NCBI GenBank assembly: GCA_937927735.1
Contig: CALBRZ010000046.1
Coordinates: 1,809 to 65,808, forward strand
From: an uncultured Planctomycetales bacterium
GTDB lineage: Bacteria > Planctomycetota > Planctomycetia > Pirellulales > S012-138
Direction of reading: 5' to 3'
Length of the DNA stretch: 64,000 nt
Below the pieces are notes generated by a model, which saw only the letters and a list, made by a program, of their open reading frames with translations, searched no databases and was not told the origin of the DNA. Below, in pieces: positions 34,403 to 44,537 of the stretch (positions are counted from its first letter, which is position 1; every line of letters starts with the position of its first letter). Position numbers and translations under genes: made by a program.

Positions 34403-37400
34403 TTAGGGCTTAAGTGACCGCAGGTAGGCGATCAGGTGGGCCAGCTCTTCTTCGGTCATGGTCTTTTCCAGACCTTCCGGCATGACCGAGATGTTGCTGG
34501 GCTGCATCTCCTCGATATCGGCCCGGCGGATGCGGACTTCCGACCGATCAGCCGTACGGAGGTAGATCATGTCGGGCGTTTCGCGATGGATCACGCCCAC
34601 ATAGTTGTGACCGTCAGCCGTGAGGATGGAGTAGCTCTCGTACCCGCGGGCAAACGAGATGCTGGGGAACAGCACGGCTTCGAGCAGGTCGCGGCCAGTG
34701 CGGACTTCGCCGATCCGGCTGAGGTCGGGCCCGATGTTACCGCCCTCGTTCTCCGCCCGGTGGCACGCGGCACAGGCGGTCTTGTTGCTCTTGAAGATCG
34801 CCTTACCCAGCGCCGGGTTACCGCCAGCCAAACGCTGCTCGTAATAGGCCAGCTTGGCCAGTTGCTCTTCGCGTCCCACCTGCGACCGGGCGGCCAGCTT
34901 GCCGGCGGCCTCGCGAATGGCAGCGGGGAACTTACCCAGTGCCCGCTCCAGATCTTGTGGCCGCAGGCCGGACAGTCCCGGCGACTTCTCAAGCGAAGCC
35001 ACCACCAACCGCCCCAATTCCTCATCGCTGGAGTTGGCAAAGGCCGGCAGCAGCGTGGGCAGTTCCAGCGGACTGGCATCGGTCAACAGTTGGGCCAGTT
35101 GACGAAGCTGAGCCGGCGACAGCGAGGCATTGGCCACGGCCTGGGCAGCCGCCATGCGGTCCAGCGGCAACACGTCGTCGGCCAGCTGCGAAGCCAGCAG
35201 CTTGAACTCGGCATCGGTCAGCTTACTTCCCAGCCGGGCCGCGGCCACCAAGGCAGCCGCACGCAGCGAGCGAGCATGCTTGTCGTTGCCGGCGATTTCA
35301 CGCAGGCGATCGACATAGCCCGGCCACGAGGTCGCAGCCACCGTGGCCACCGCCTGCCGCAGCAAGGCGCCCTCGCTGTTCTTCAGCAGCGAGTCGAGTG
35401 CCTCGCGCCACGCGGCCGGCACCTGGCTACTGTCGTCGAACTCGCTCCGCGCGAGCACTTCGAGCATTAACTGCTTGTGCTCGGCGCTGCCGTCCTTGAG
35501 CCCTTGGATCACGACCTTCTGCACGGCCGGATCGTTCTTGAACGCCAGCAGCACGCCGCGAGCGGTGGCTGCCCGTTGGCCCAGCGGCTTGCCGTCGGTG
35601 AGCCAGCTTTGCATCAGGCCGACGATCTGTTGTCCCCAGCCCTCGTGGCGCGAAATCACCTCCAGCGCCGCGGCTTGCAGTTGCTCGTCCTCGGTATCCA
35701 GCAGCGAGCCCACGATCTCTTGCGTGAGATTGCCCGAGTCCATCTGGTCCAAGGCAATCAAGGCGCCACGACGCACGGCAGGGCTATCATCTTTAAGCCC
35801 CGCCAGCGTGGCTTCGCGGTTGTCAATTTCGATCAAGGCGTAAATCAGGGCGTGCTCCACGTGGCGGTCGACGCTATTGCGCAAACCGGCCAGCAGGTTC
35901 GGCACGGCCTGAACCGCGCGAAGTTGGCCCAGCGAAGCAGCCGCCATTGCCCGCACTTGCGGCAATTCGCCCTGCTGCCCATCGCTGGCGGCAGCCCGGG
36001 CAACCCAATCGCCCTTGGCCATCTTGCCCAGCGTGGTGATCGCCTGTTCGGCCAACGGGCCGCGCACGCCCATCACGCCCAAGCTGCGGGCGGCGGCTTG
36101 CCGCACGTCCTCGTGCGGATTGGTCAGGGCGAAAATGACGGCCGATTCGACCACGTCGCGCAGGGCCGGTTCCTTGATCCGCGAGAGCGTCCACACCGCG
36201 CGGCGACGCAGGTCGTGATTGTTCGACGTCTTAAGCTGCTCGGTCAGGGCGGCCACGGTGGCGTGGTCGGACTTGTCCACCAGTTCCTCGCGGGCCCGAT
36301 CGCGCACCGCCGGCCAGTTACTTGCCAGGAGTGCAACCAACTGCTCCGGCTTGAGCTGCTGCCAGGGAAGCTTGAGGCCGCGGGGATCGTCGACCGAACC
36401 GTCCAGTTCGCCGGCCGCATTCTTGGCCTGGGCCGCCTGTTGGCCGCGGTCGCCCACGTAACGAATCCGGTAAATGGCCCCGGCAATCTCCGGCTTGGCC
36501 ACCTGCGACGTGGGGCAGCCCAAGCGGAACCAACCACCGGTATCGATCACCAGCAGGCTGCCGTCGGCATCTTCCAGGACGTCGGTCGGGTGGAAGTCGG
36601 GATCGGTCGAAACCAGGAAGTCGTGATCCTCGCAGCGGAAGGTGGCGCCGTCGCGCGTGAGCACGTGCCGCAGCACCTTGTGCGTATTGAACTGCACGGA
36701 GAACAGGTTGTTCACGTACTCCGGACCGAACTGCTGGCCGCGATACCGGGTCAAGCCCGAGGGGGCCACCACGCCAAACTTGCTCAAAGCCGGCATCAGC
36801 GGCCCGGTGCGTTTGAACTCGGCCAGGCACGGATGAATCCGCGGGTACACACCGCCGTAGGCGTAATGCACCAAGGCGTCGTGACGTTCCTGGTCCGGAT
36901 TGTAGAACGTCATCGTGCCGAACATTTCGCCGGTGGGGCCGAACACGACTTCCACCGGGTTATCCATGCCGCCGCCGGCAAACACCTGCGGATCGCTACC
37001 ATCTTCGTTGATCGAGAACACTCGGGCGGCCAGGCCTTTGCTGGTGACCTTGCCGGTTTCGTCGGTGAACTCGTGACCGTGGCGGCCGTCGCACCAGTAG
37101 ATCCGCCCGTTGGGGCCGAGGAAGCAGCCGTGCACGTCGGCGGCATTGCCGATGTAGCCGAACTTGCCCACCAGGATCTCACGCTGATCGGCCACGCCGT
37201 CGCCGTCGGTATCTTTCAGCCGCCAGATGTACGGCGGGCTGGCGACGTACAGCGCCCCGCGATGCCAGAGGGCGCCCATGGGGAAGGTCATCTTGTCGGC
37301 AAAGACCGTGCTGCGGTCGAAGCGGCCATCGCCGTCGGTGTCTTCGAGCATGCGGATGCCGTTGGGAAGCTGCTGCTCGAGGTCGCCGGCGCGAAGATTC

Positions 37401-37654
37401 ATGCCGGCACTCTCGGCCACGAACAGCCGGCCGCGCTCGTCGAAGCCGGCCATCATCGGGTGGCGAACCAAGTCAGGACCGGCAGCGATGGTGACTTCAA
37501 AGCCCGGCGGAACCTGGAATGGCGGCCGCGTTACCTTGGCCTCGCCCTGAGGCTGATCGCCTTCCGCCGCCGCAGACGGCGACACCATCAGTCCGATTGT
37601 CAATAACAGGCAGCCCAGGCTGCGTCCCCAGTACGCTAAGAATTTTGACCGCAT
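34403..37654 (-). CDS. PVC-type heme-binding CxxCH protein (membrane-bound dehydrogenase-like beta-propeller, HEAT repeats, C-terminal cytochrome c)
   Basis: Signal peptide from ATG 37654 (alternative start 37693). N-terminal dehydrogenase-like region, long HEAT-like helical repeats, and a C-terminal CAACH with a downstream Met ligand region. Confidence 0.85.
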   Translation of the reverse strand: MRSKFLAYWGRSLGCLLLTIGLMVSPSAAAEGDQPQGEAKVTRPPFQVPPGFEVTIAAGPDLVRHPMMAGFDERGRLFVAESAGMNLRAGDLEQQLPNGIRMLEDTDGDGRFDRSTVFADKMTFPMGALWHRGALYVASPPYIWRLKDTDGDGVADQREILVGKFGYIGNAADVHGCFLGPNGRIYWCDGRHGHEFTDETGKVTSKGLAARVFSINEDGSDPQVFAGGGMDNPVEVVFGPTGEMFGTMTFYNPDQERHDALVHYAYGGVYPRIHPCLAEFKRTGPLMPALSKFGVVAPSGLTRYRGQQFGPEYVNNLFSVQFNTHKVLRHVLTRDGATFRCEDHDFLVSTDPDFHPTDVLEDADGSLLVIDTGGWFRLGCPTSQVAKPEIAGAIYRIRYVGDRGQQAAQAKNAAGELDGSVDDPRGLKLPWQQLKPEQLVALLASNWPAVRDRAREELVDKSDHATVAALTEQLKTSNNHDLRRRAVWTLSRIKEPALRDVVESAVIFALTNPHEDVRQAAARSLGVMGVRGPLAEQAITTLGKMAKGDWVARAAASDGQQGELPQVRAMAAASLGQLRAVQAVPNLLAGLRNSVDRHVEHALIYALIEIDNREATLAGLKDDSPAVRRGALIALDQMDSGNLTQEIVGSLLDTEDEQLQAAALEVISRHEGWGQQIVGLMQSWLTDGKPLGQRAATARGVLLAFKNDPAVQKVVIQGLKDGSAEHKQLMLEVLARSEFDDSSQVPAAWREALDSLLKNSEGALLRQAVATVAATSWPGYVDRLREIAGNDKHARSLRAAALVAAARLGSKLTDAEFKLLASQLADDVLPLDRMAAAQAVANASLSPAQLRQLAQLLTDASPLELPTLLPAFANSSDEELGRLVVASLEKSPGLSGLRPQDLERALGKFPAAIREAAGKLAARSQVGREEQLAKLAYYEQRLAGGNPALGKAIFKSNKTACAACHRAENEGGNIGPDLSRIGEVRTGRDLLEAVLFPSISFARGYESYSILTADGHNYVGVIHRETPDMIYLRTADRSEVRIRRADIEEMQPSNISVMPEGLEKTMTEEELAHLIAYLRSLKP

Positions 37655-38152
37655 TCCGATCCCAATCACCGCAGGCAACTCCAGTTGAAGCATCGGTGCG
37701 CCCTTGGTTCGACCACGCCGAACAACCAGCGTTTTTTGCCGTGCCTGGCGGCAACCGGCACGGCACGTTTGGGACGCTACGTTGCCGGCGAGCCAGGACC
37801 TACCACCCAGGGCACAGGTGTTTTGCGCGGCAAGCAGCCCCCCATCGGGTGAGTCGCCAGCCGCAACCAAGTAATGTACAGCTTATCTCCCGGGCGTACG
37901 ACCGCCAGCAATTAGCCGGCGTCTGCCAAGAAGCGGCATTTCCCTGAAGCCGCGGAACGCAACAATGGATCGAACGAACTACCCCGCCTGCCCGTACTGC
38001 CTGCAGGGCCCGATGACATCGGCCCGCCGCGCCCGCCAGCCTTCCCGGGGGCTTCCAACCACCTGCCAGCACTGCCGCGTTCCGCAAGGTAGCGTTGCAC
38101 TGGGAGCTTCCCCCGCCCAAGACCGTGTCCTGCCGTTAACTTCGGTTCAGCC

Positions 38153-40204
38153 ATGCACACCGCGTACGAAACGACGGAAACATCCGCACAACTGTCAACT
38201 TCGTCGGTGGCAGGCGACGCGGACCGGGGCACCTGGAACGTGACCACCGCCCGGTCGCTGGAGCCAATGCTCGAGCTTGAAAGCCTGTGGCGTCGGCTCG
38301 GCGATCGCTGCGGCGGCCCGATCGAACAGTTCGATTGGGCGGTGGCCTGCGCCCGGTGCAAGCCGGAGCAGCCGGTCGAGGCGATCCTGGTCAGCCGTGG
38401 CGACGAACCGGCCGCGCTGGCGGCTCTGGCCGTGAGGCGGTTCTACGGCGTGCGCCGCAAGGCGATGCTGGGCGTGGATGACCACCACGAACCGATGGAT
38501 CTGCTCTTTGCCGACGAAGCGGCCGCGAATCGCTTGGCACAAGCCATCGCCGACCTGCGCTGGCCCTTGCAGTTCGGACGGATGCCGGCCAACTCGGCCA
38601 GTGTCGAAGCATTGCGGCGGGCGTTTCGCGGCCGGGGCCTGGTCGTCGTACGGCCGCAAGCCACGTTCCCCTACATTCCGCTCAGCGACGCCTGGCAAGA
38701 ACCAGAGTCGCAGCTCAGCTCGCGGCGTCGTTCCGATTTTCGCCGGGCACGGCGGAAAGCCGACAAAGCCGGCCAGATCACGGCCGAAATCCTGTGCCCG
38801 GAACTCGATCAGCTCGATGGGCTGCTGGACGAAGCCTTTGCCGTGGAGGCCAAGTCGTGGAAAGGTCGGGCTGGTACGGCCTTGGCCTGCAATCCCGAGG
38901 AGGCCCACTTCTGCCGGACCTATGCCGAGGCGGCTTGCCAACAGGGCATCCTGCGGATCGCGTTTCTGCGGATCGACGGCCAGGCCATCGCCATGCAAAT
39001 CGCGATGCAGCAGGGCGGCGGCTACTGGCTGCTGAAGATCGGCTACGATGCCGACTTCGCCCACTGCTCGCCCGGCCTGCTACTGCTCCGTGAGTCGATC
39101 GCCTACGCGGCACGAGAAGGCTTGAAGACCTTCGAGTTCCTCGGCCAGACCGAGCCGTGGATCGAAGTTTGGACCAGCCACAAGCGCGAGTGCGTATCGC
39201 TGCGGGCGTACCCGTACAGCCTTCGCGGGGCCGCAGCCCTGGCGGCCGATGCCACGGTGCGGACCGGTCAAAAAGCCAGGGCAATCGCACGCCGCGTGGC
39301 AGGCGGGCTGCGCGCCGGTTTGAAAGCGTGCGCCCAGCCGCTGCTTCGCCGCGCCTCGCGCAACTACATCGCCGGCGATACGCTGTCCGACGCCGTGCGG
39401 GTAAAAGAGAAACTGGCGGCCCAAGGCCTGGCCGCGACGATCGGCTTCTGGGATGGCGACAACGACCATCCCCGCGGCGTCGCCGACCAATACCTGGCCG
39501 GGTTGGAAGCCCTGGCGGCCAGCGGCCGCCAGGACTATCTCTCGATCAAGCTGCCGGCGCTCGGCTATCAGATGGACTTGATGCGGCAGGTGGCCCACAA
39601 GGCGGCTGAGTTGGGCGTGCGGATTCACTTCGACGGCATGGAGCCGGAATCGGTCGAACGCACCAAGGCCGTGATCGAGGAACTGAAAACCGAGCTGCCC
39701 CACCTGGCCGTCAGTTGCACGCTGCCGGGCCGCTGGCTGTGCAGTGTCCAGGACGCCGACTGGGTCGCCAAGTGGCAATTGCCGGTACGCGTGGTCAAAG
39801 GCGAATGGCCCGACCCCAAAGCACCTGACCGCGATCTGCGGGCCGGCTACCTGGAAGTGATCGACGCCCTGGCCGGCAAGGCGGCCTGGGTCCACGTCGC
39901 CACGCACGATCCGCCGCTGGCACGGGAAGCTATTCTGCGGCTCCAGAAAGCCGGCACGCCCTGCGATCAAGAGCTGCTTTACGGCCTGCCCACGCGGACA
40001 CAAATCCGGCAAGCCCGGGAGCTGGGGCTCAACATCCGCATGTACATTCCTTACGGGGAAGCGTACATGCCGTACGCGCTCTCGAAGGTGCGGCGCAAAC
40101 CGCAGATCCTGTGGTGGCTGGCCCGCGACCTGGTCGTTTCGCTGTTCCGCAAGCGCGAGCCCCACGGCTCGCTGGCGGCGGGCAAGCCTTCATCATCGGC
40201 TTAG
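38153..40204 (+). CDS. fusion protein: CelD/BioF2-like GNAT acetyltransferase domain plus proline dehydrogenase-like TIM-barrel domain
   Basis: The N-terminal half carries a GNAT-like core (SWKGRAGTAL...LRIDGQAIAMQIAMQQGGGYWLLKIGYDADFAHCSPG). The C-terminal half aligns by eye to monofunctional PRODH (RNYIAGDTLSDAV, YLSIKLPALG, RVVKGEW, VATHD, YIPYGEAYMPYALSKVRRKP). Confidence 0.8.
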   Translation: MHTAYETTETSAQLSTSSVAGDADRGTWNVTTARSLEPMLELESLWRRLGDRCGGPIEQFDWAVACARCKPEQPVEAILVSRGDEPAALAALAVRRFYGVRRKAMLGVDDHHEPMDLLFADEAAANRLAQAIADLRWPLQFGRMPANSASVEALRRAFRGRGLVVVRPQATFPYIPLSDAWQEPESQLSSRRRSDFRRARRKADKAGQITAEILCPELDQLDGLLDEAFAVEAKSWKGRAGTALACNPEEAHFCRTYAEAACQQGILRIAFLRIDGQAIAMQIAMQQGGGYWLLKIGYDADFAHCSPGLLLLRESIAYAAREGLKTFEFLGQTEPWIEVWTSHKRECVSLRAYPYSLRGAAALAADATVRTGQKARAIARRVAGGLRAGLKACAQPLLRRASRNYIAGDTLSDAVRVKEKLAAQGLAATIGFWDGDNDHPRGVADQYLAGLEALAASGRQDYLSIKLPALGYQMDLMRQVAHKAAELGVRIHFDGMEPESVERTKAVIEELKTELPHLAVSCTLPGRWLCSVQDADWVAKWQLPVRVVKGEWPDPKAPDRDLRAGYLEVIDALAGKAAWVHVATHDPPLAREAILRLQKAGTPCDQELLYGLPTRTQIRQARELGLNIRMYIPYGEAYMPYALSKVRRKPQILWWLARDLVVSLFRKREPHGSLAAGKPSSSA

Positions 40205-40465
40205 CCACCAGAACCCGCCGGCAACGAACCGGCCTGCGAAGATACGGCCGAGCAGATCACCACGCCCGCCGCAAACTAGGCAAACTGCGGAAACCGCGAC
40301 CACCACCCCAACTTTTGCGGGGCTCACCGTTGGCCCTGGACCGATCTGCTCGTATGATACAGCGGGCGATGGATCCGCTGGCGGCGGTCGTCCGCCATGC
40401 GCCGGCGGCAACGCACGTAACCGTTCAAGCAGGGCAAGCCGCGCCGACGAATCAGCGAGAGTTCG

Positions 40466-40858
40466 ATGGCCAAGAAAGGTCCCCGCAAAAAAGTTCCCAA
40501 GGAACTCGCGGTCATCAATGCCGATAACTGCACCGGCTGCGAGTCCTGCCTGGAAGTCTGCCCGGTCGATTGCATCCAACTGGTGAAGCTCGGCCCGGTG
40601 AAGGGCACGCAGCAGTGGTGCGAGATCGACCTGGAGCGCTGCGTCGGCTGCGAAGTCTGCGTTCATATCCCGCAGAAGAAGACCAATCCCTACGAGCTGA
40701 CCGTCTGCCCTTGGGATGCCATCGAGATGGTGCCCACCGAGATGGTCGCCCAAGTGGTGGCCCAGATCGGCGGCCCACCCGAGTACATCCAAGAACACTG
40801 GGATCGCCTGGTCGGCACGGCCCAACACCTGGCCGAGTTGCGGGCGAGCAGTGTCTAG
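40466..40858 (+). CDS. 4Fe-4S dicluster ferredoxin-domain protein
   Basis: CTGCESCLEVCP and CVGCEVC...CP cysteine clusters. 130 aa. Confidence 0.85.
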   Translation: MAKKGPRKKVPKELAVINADNCTGCESCLEVCPVDCIQLVKLGPVKGTQQWCEIDLERCVGCEVCVHIPQKKTNPYELTVCPWDAIEMVPTEMVAQVVAQIGGPPEYIQEHWDRLVGTAQHLAELRASSV

Positions 40859-41220
40859 TCACACAGGCGTCTTTCTCACAGGCCTAATAAAGCGTTCCAT
40901 CGGCCGCTCCTTTATTTGCGACGTGGTTGTCAAAAAATTTGTCGCATCCCCAAGTGGGTGGTACGATGAGCGGCGCCTGGGCGGGTCGCCTATGGCCCGC
41001 GTGGGCAGCATTTCGACTCGTCCATTCATTGGCATCGTTGGCACCTTGCACTCTGGTTGAAGTGGGCAGAATCTCGCTGGTTTGGCGACGATCGTCACGC
41101 GCCAACCGGTAGGCGATGCAGGCCGGTGGCAGGGTACGTCGTGTGCTTACGGCAATCTGCCAGTCCTAGGGCTGGAAGCAGGCTCAGCGGTGTGCTAACG
41201 ACCGTGCAGGATCGAGAACC

Positions 41221-43461
41221 ATGTCGATTCCGGTGACCTGCCAACACTGCCAGGCCTCGTTCAAAGTCAAAGACGAACTGGCCGGTAAGCGCCGACGCTG
41301 CCCCAACTGCCAAGAGCCATTCACCGTCCCCGAGCCCGGCAATCCTCCCCAAACCGAACCAGCCAGCGCTGCCAAATCGGCTGCTGCCGGCACTGGGAAA
41401 CCGCCAACCGCTCCTCAAGGCATGCCTGCCGGGGTAGGGCCGCGCAGGCCGCCGTTACCGCACCCGCCGTTGCCACCAGGCCTGCGTCCCGGCCCTCCTG
41501 GTCACGCACCGACGCCGGTCGGTCCCCCTGGGCCTTTTCCAGCCCCGCATCCCGCACCGCATGGCCAACGCCCTCCGGGACCAGGCCCCATGGGACCTGG
41601 TCAGCCACCGGGTGCATTTGGCAACGTGCCCGGGCCTGGATTTCCGGGCCCAGCCTTCGGAGGACCTGCGGCAGCGCCGCCGGGCTTTGGACCGCCAGGT
41701 GCGTTCCCCGGCGGACCGAACCCCGGTCTGGGCCCCGCCATTGCCAACCCCATGCTGGGCGCAAATGCCGCCCCCCTTGGTTCCTCGGGCGGAGCGCGTG
41801 CCCGCTCCGGCGAGAAATCCCTCCCGATCGTGATGTGGGGCGCCGGCGGCGCGGCCGTGCTGCTGGTGGTGGCCACGTTGATGTTCATGGTCGGCCGCGG
41901 CAGCTCGCCCAATCCGCAACCGGTGGCGTTAGCCAATGGCAAACCGGCCACGACGCCCGAACCACGGCGTTCTGAGTCGCCGCGTACGACCAGCCACACG
42001 CCGCGAGAACCAACGTCTCAGCCGACCGATCCAGCAATGATGGCGGGCGTTGAACAACCGGCCATTACGCCTCCTTCCCCCGCTTCGCCATCGGGCAGCA
42101 GCACCAGACCATCGCCGCCTCGCATTGAATCACCCGAGGACATCTACAAGCTGGCCAAGTGCTCGGTCGTCAAGATCGACGTGTTCAGCGACACGTTCAA
42201 TCCCCGCACGGGCTTGGGCTCAGGCTTCATCATCGATACCGAGCGTCGCTTCATCGCGACCAACTATCACGTTGTCTCCGACGCCGCCAAGGCCGACATC
42301 GTGTTCGATGACGGCACACGCTTCGACATCGAAGGCTACGTGCTGGTCGAGCCTGAAATGGACCTTGCCGTGCTCAAGGCCAAAGGGCTGCCGCCCTACG
42401 CCCAGGCACTGCAACTGGCTTCGGACCTTGATCCCAATCCCGGCAGCCAGGTGTACTCCATCGGCCACCCCAAGGACTACAAGCTGACCATGCGTTCGGG
42501 CTTGATCAGCTCGGTGGCCAATACCGAGGAGCTGCCCGAGGATGCCCAGCTATTTCTGAAAGCTGAAGGCACCACCCGCAAAGACAACCGCTGGATTCAG
42601 CACGAGGCCGAGATCTTCGGCGGCAACAGCGGCGGCCCACTGCTCAACCAGCACGGCCTGGTGCTCGGCATCAACACCTGGAAGGATGAGTCGATCAACG
42701 GCCACTTCGCCCTACACAGCAAAGCGCTTGCGCAACTGCTCAAGCGGCCGATCGAGCGGGTGGAACCGCTCACCAAGTACCGGCAGCGCGAAACGACGCC
42801 GATCGACAAGCTGGCCAGGTTGTTCGATATGGAAACCATCCGCTCCCTCTTCACGCGGCTGGAACTGAACAACTGGAGCCCGCAAAGCCGCGAAGATTAT
42901 GAAGGCTACAGCATCCTGGCGGTGGCCCTCACCATGATGTCCATGGCCGAATTCGACGCCGAAGATCCCCGTACCCAAGCCTGGCTTGCCCAGCTCAAGG
43001 AGTTCTACGCCAAGCTCAAGAAGGAGAACTGGCACCAGAACTCGGACCGATCGAAGAAACTGAACACGTATGCCCAGGGCGTACTCGAAGAAGCCACAAC
43101 CGGCCACGGTGTCCTCATGGTCATGAGGGTGGGCCAAACCGTTGTCGGACCGGGTGTCTACATGATGCATGGCCACGTGGATGGCCGCCGGGTCATGGTA
43201 AGGCTGCTCAATCTCGAACAGCGTTTACCGCCCACCGGTTACTTCCTGGTGCCAGGCGTGATCGTGGGCACGGCCGTCATGTACAACGAAGAGGCCACGG
43301 TTGTTGTCACGGCGGAGCCCATTTTCATCGGCAGCCCCACGTCGCCACCGCGCCCCGATTCGCGTCCCCAAACACAGCCGCCGCGCACGGAACCTCGTCC
43401 GCCCATGCGCAATCAGCCGCGCCCGCGATTGAGCCCGCCGCAGCCACAGCCTTCGCGGTAG
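41221..43461 (+). CDS. membrane-anchored trypsin-like serine protease with N-terminal zinc ribbon and Pro/Gly-rich linker
   Basis: N-terminal CQHC...CPNC zinc ribbon, about 150 aa of P/G low-complexity sequence, one TM helix, a Trypsin_2-like core (GLGSGFIID...NYHVV, GNSGGPLLN), and a Pro-rich tail. Confidence 0.85.
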   Translation: MSIPVTCQHCQASFKVKDELAGKRRRCPNCQEPFTVPEPGNPPQTEPASAAKSAAAGTGKPPTAPQGMPAGVGPRRPPLPHPPLPPGLRPGPPGHAPTPVGPPGPFPAPHPAPHGQRPPGPGPMGPGQPPGAFGNVPGPGFPGPAFGGPAAAPPGFGPPGAFPGGPNPGLGPAIANPMLGANAAPLGSSGGARARSGEKSLPIVMWGAGGAAVLLVVATLMFMVGRGSSPNPQPVALANGKPATTPEPRRSESPRTTSHTPREPTSQPTDPAMMAGVEQPAITPPSPASPSGSSTRPSPPRIESPEDIYKLAKCSVVKIDVFSDTFNPRTGLGSGFIIDTERRFIATNYHVVSDAAKADIVFDDGTRFDIEGYVLVEPEMDLAVLKAKGLPPYAQALQLASDLDPNPGSQVYSIGHPKDYKLTMRSGLISSVANTEELPEDAQLFLKAEGTTRKDNRWIQHEAEIFGGNSGGPLLNQHGLVLGINTWKDESINGHFALHSKALAQLLKRPIERVEPLTKYRQRETTPIDKLARLFDMETIRSLFTRLELNNWSPQSREDYEGYSILAVALTMMSMAEFDAEDPRTQAWLAQLKEFYAKLKKENWHQNSDRSKKLNTYAQGVLEEATTGHGVLMVMRVGQTVVGPGVYMMHGHVDGRRVMVRLLNLEQRLPPTGYFLVPGVIVGTAVMYNEEATVVVTAEPIFIGSPTSPPRPDSRPQTQPPRTEPRPPMRNQPRPRLSPPQPQPSR

Positions 43462-44082
43462 TTACCGCATCGCCACCATCACGAACATGCCGATGATGGC
43501 GATGCCCACCAATACGGCCGTGATGATCGCCCACTTGAGAGCGTTCTGGCTGAACTGTTCTTCGCGGCGTTGTTTTTCGCGTTCTTGTTCTTCCTTGTAT
43601 TCCAGCGTGTCTTCGTAGCGCAGGCGGAACTGCACGTTACACTGCGGGCACATGGCGTCCGTACCGATCATCGACATCGGTGTTTCCAGCTCGCAGCCGG
43701 TGGGGCAAATCACCGTCACCACGCGGTTGGGATCGTCCTGCGGGTTGGTCAGGTCAAACTCCGGCGCCGGCGGGGAAGGCACGTGGATCTCGGCCACGGC
43801 CGGAGGCGGAGCGGCATACCCCGGAACATATGCCTGGCCGGGCGGAGGAGGCGGGGCGTACGGCTGCGGTGGTGGAGCATACGGCGGCGCGACTTGCCCC
43901 GACGCCGGTGGGTAGCTCCCGTAGCCGGCCATCTGGCCGGCGGCTGCCTGGTTAGGATCAGGATGGGGAACGATGAACTGCAGCCCACAAGTCGGGCAAA
44001 GGCACTGCTGCCCAACCTGCGACGTATCGCTCTCCATCAGGATATTTTTTGGGCAGGGGCAATAGAACCTGAATGGTGCCAT
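43462..44082 (-). CDS. double zinc-ribbon protein with Pro-rich linker and C-terminal TM anchor
   Basis: CPCP...CPTC and CPTGC...CPQC ribbons, PPPQPYAPPPPPGQ linker, and a C-terminal helix WAIITAVLVGIAIIGMFVMVAM. Confidence 0.75.
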   Translation of the reverse strand: MAPFRFYCPCPKNILMESDTSQVGQQCLCPTCGLQFIVPHPDPNQAAAGQMAGYGSYPPASGQVAPPYAPPPQPYAPPPPPGQAYVPGYAAPPPAVAEIHVPSPPAPEFDLTNPQDDPNRVVTVICPTGCELETPMSMIGTDAMCPQCNVQFRLRYEDTLEYKEEQEREKQRREEQFSQNALKWAIITAVLVGIAIIGMFVMVAMR

Positions 44083-44537
44083 CTCGTTCCTCGTTGCTCA
44101 TCGCGCTGGGGGCGACTGGTGGTTCGATGGCCGCTCGCTGGCTGCCACCGATCACCGCAACCACCATTGGCAGTTGGATCCGGCTGGAGGGACAGGGCCA
44201 TTGCCACCGCCTGGCCGATGGATGGCCACGGTAGCTTCCCTGCCGCTGATGGAGCCCCCCTCCGTACTGGCCGACTGTTCTCGCCGTAGCCTCGCGTCGA
44301 GCAACGTTCGCCATCAGCGCCGCTGGATTCCATTTTGCTGCATGCGCGGCCCGCCGTAAATGACCCCGGGCTGCTCCGCTGGAGTCTTGCCACCGGCATC
44401 TGGCCCACTTAGCCTACACCGTAACTTTAGGTCGATTTCACCACCGCCGGCATCGGGAGGCGGCCGGTTGCCGCCAACGGTCACAACCGCCAGCCGCGCG
44501 GCAAGCTCGTATTCTCACCAGCAGAGGACAAACCACC

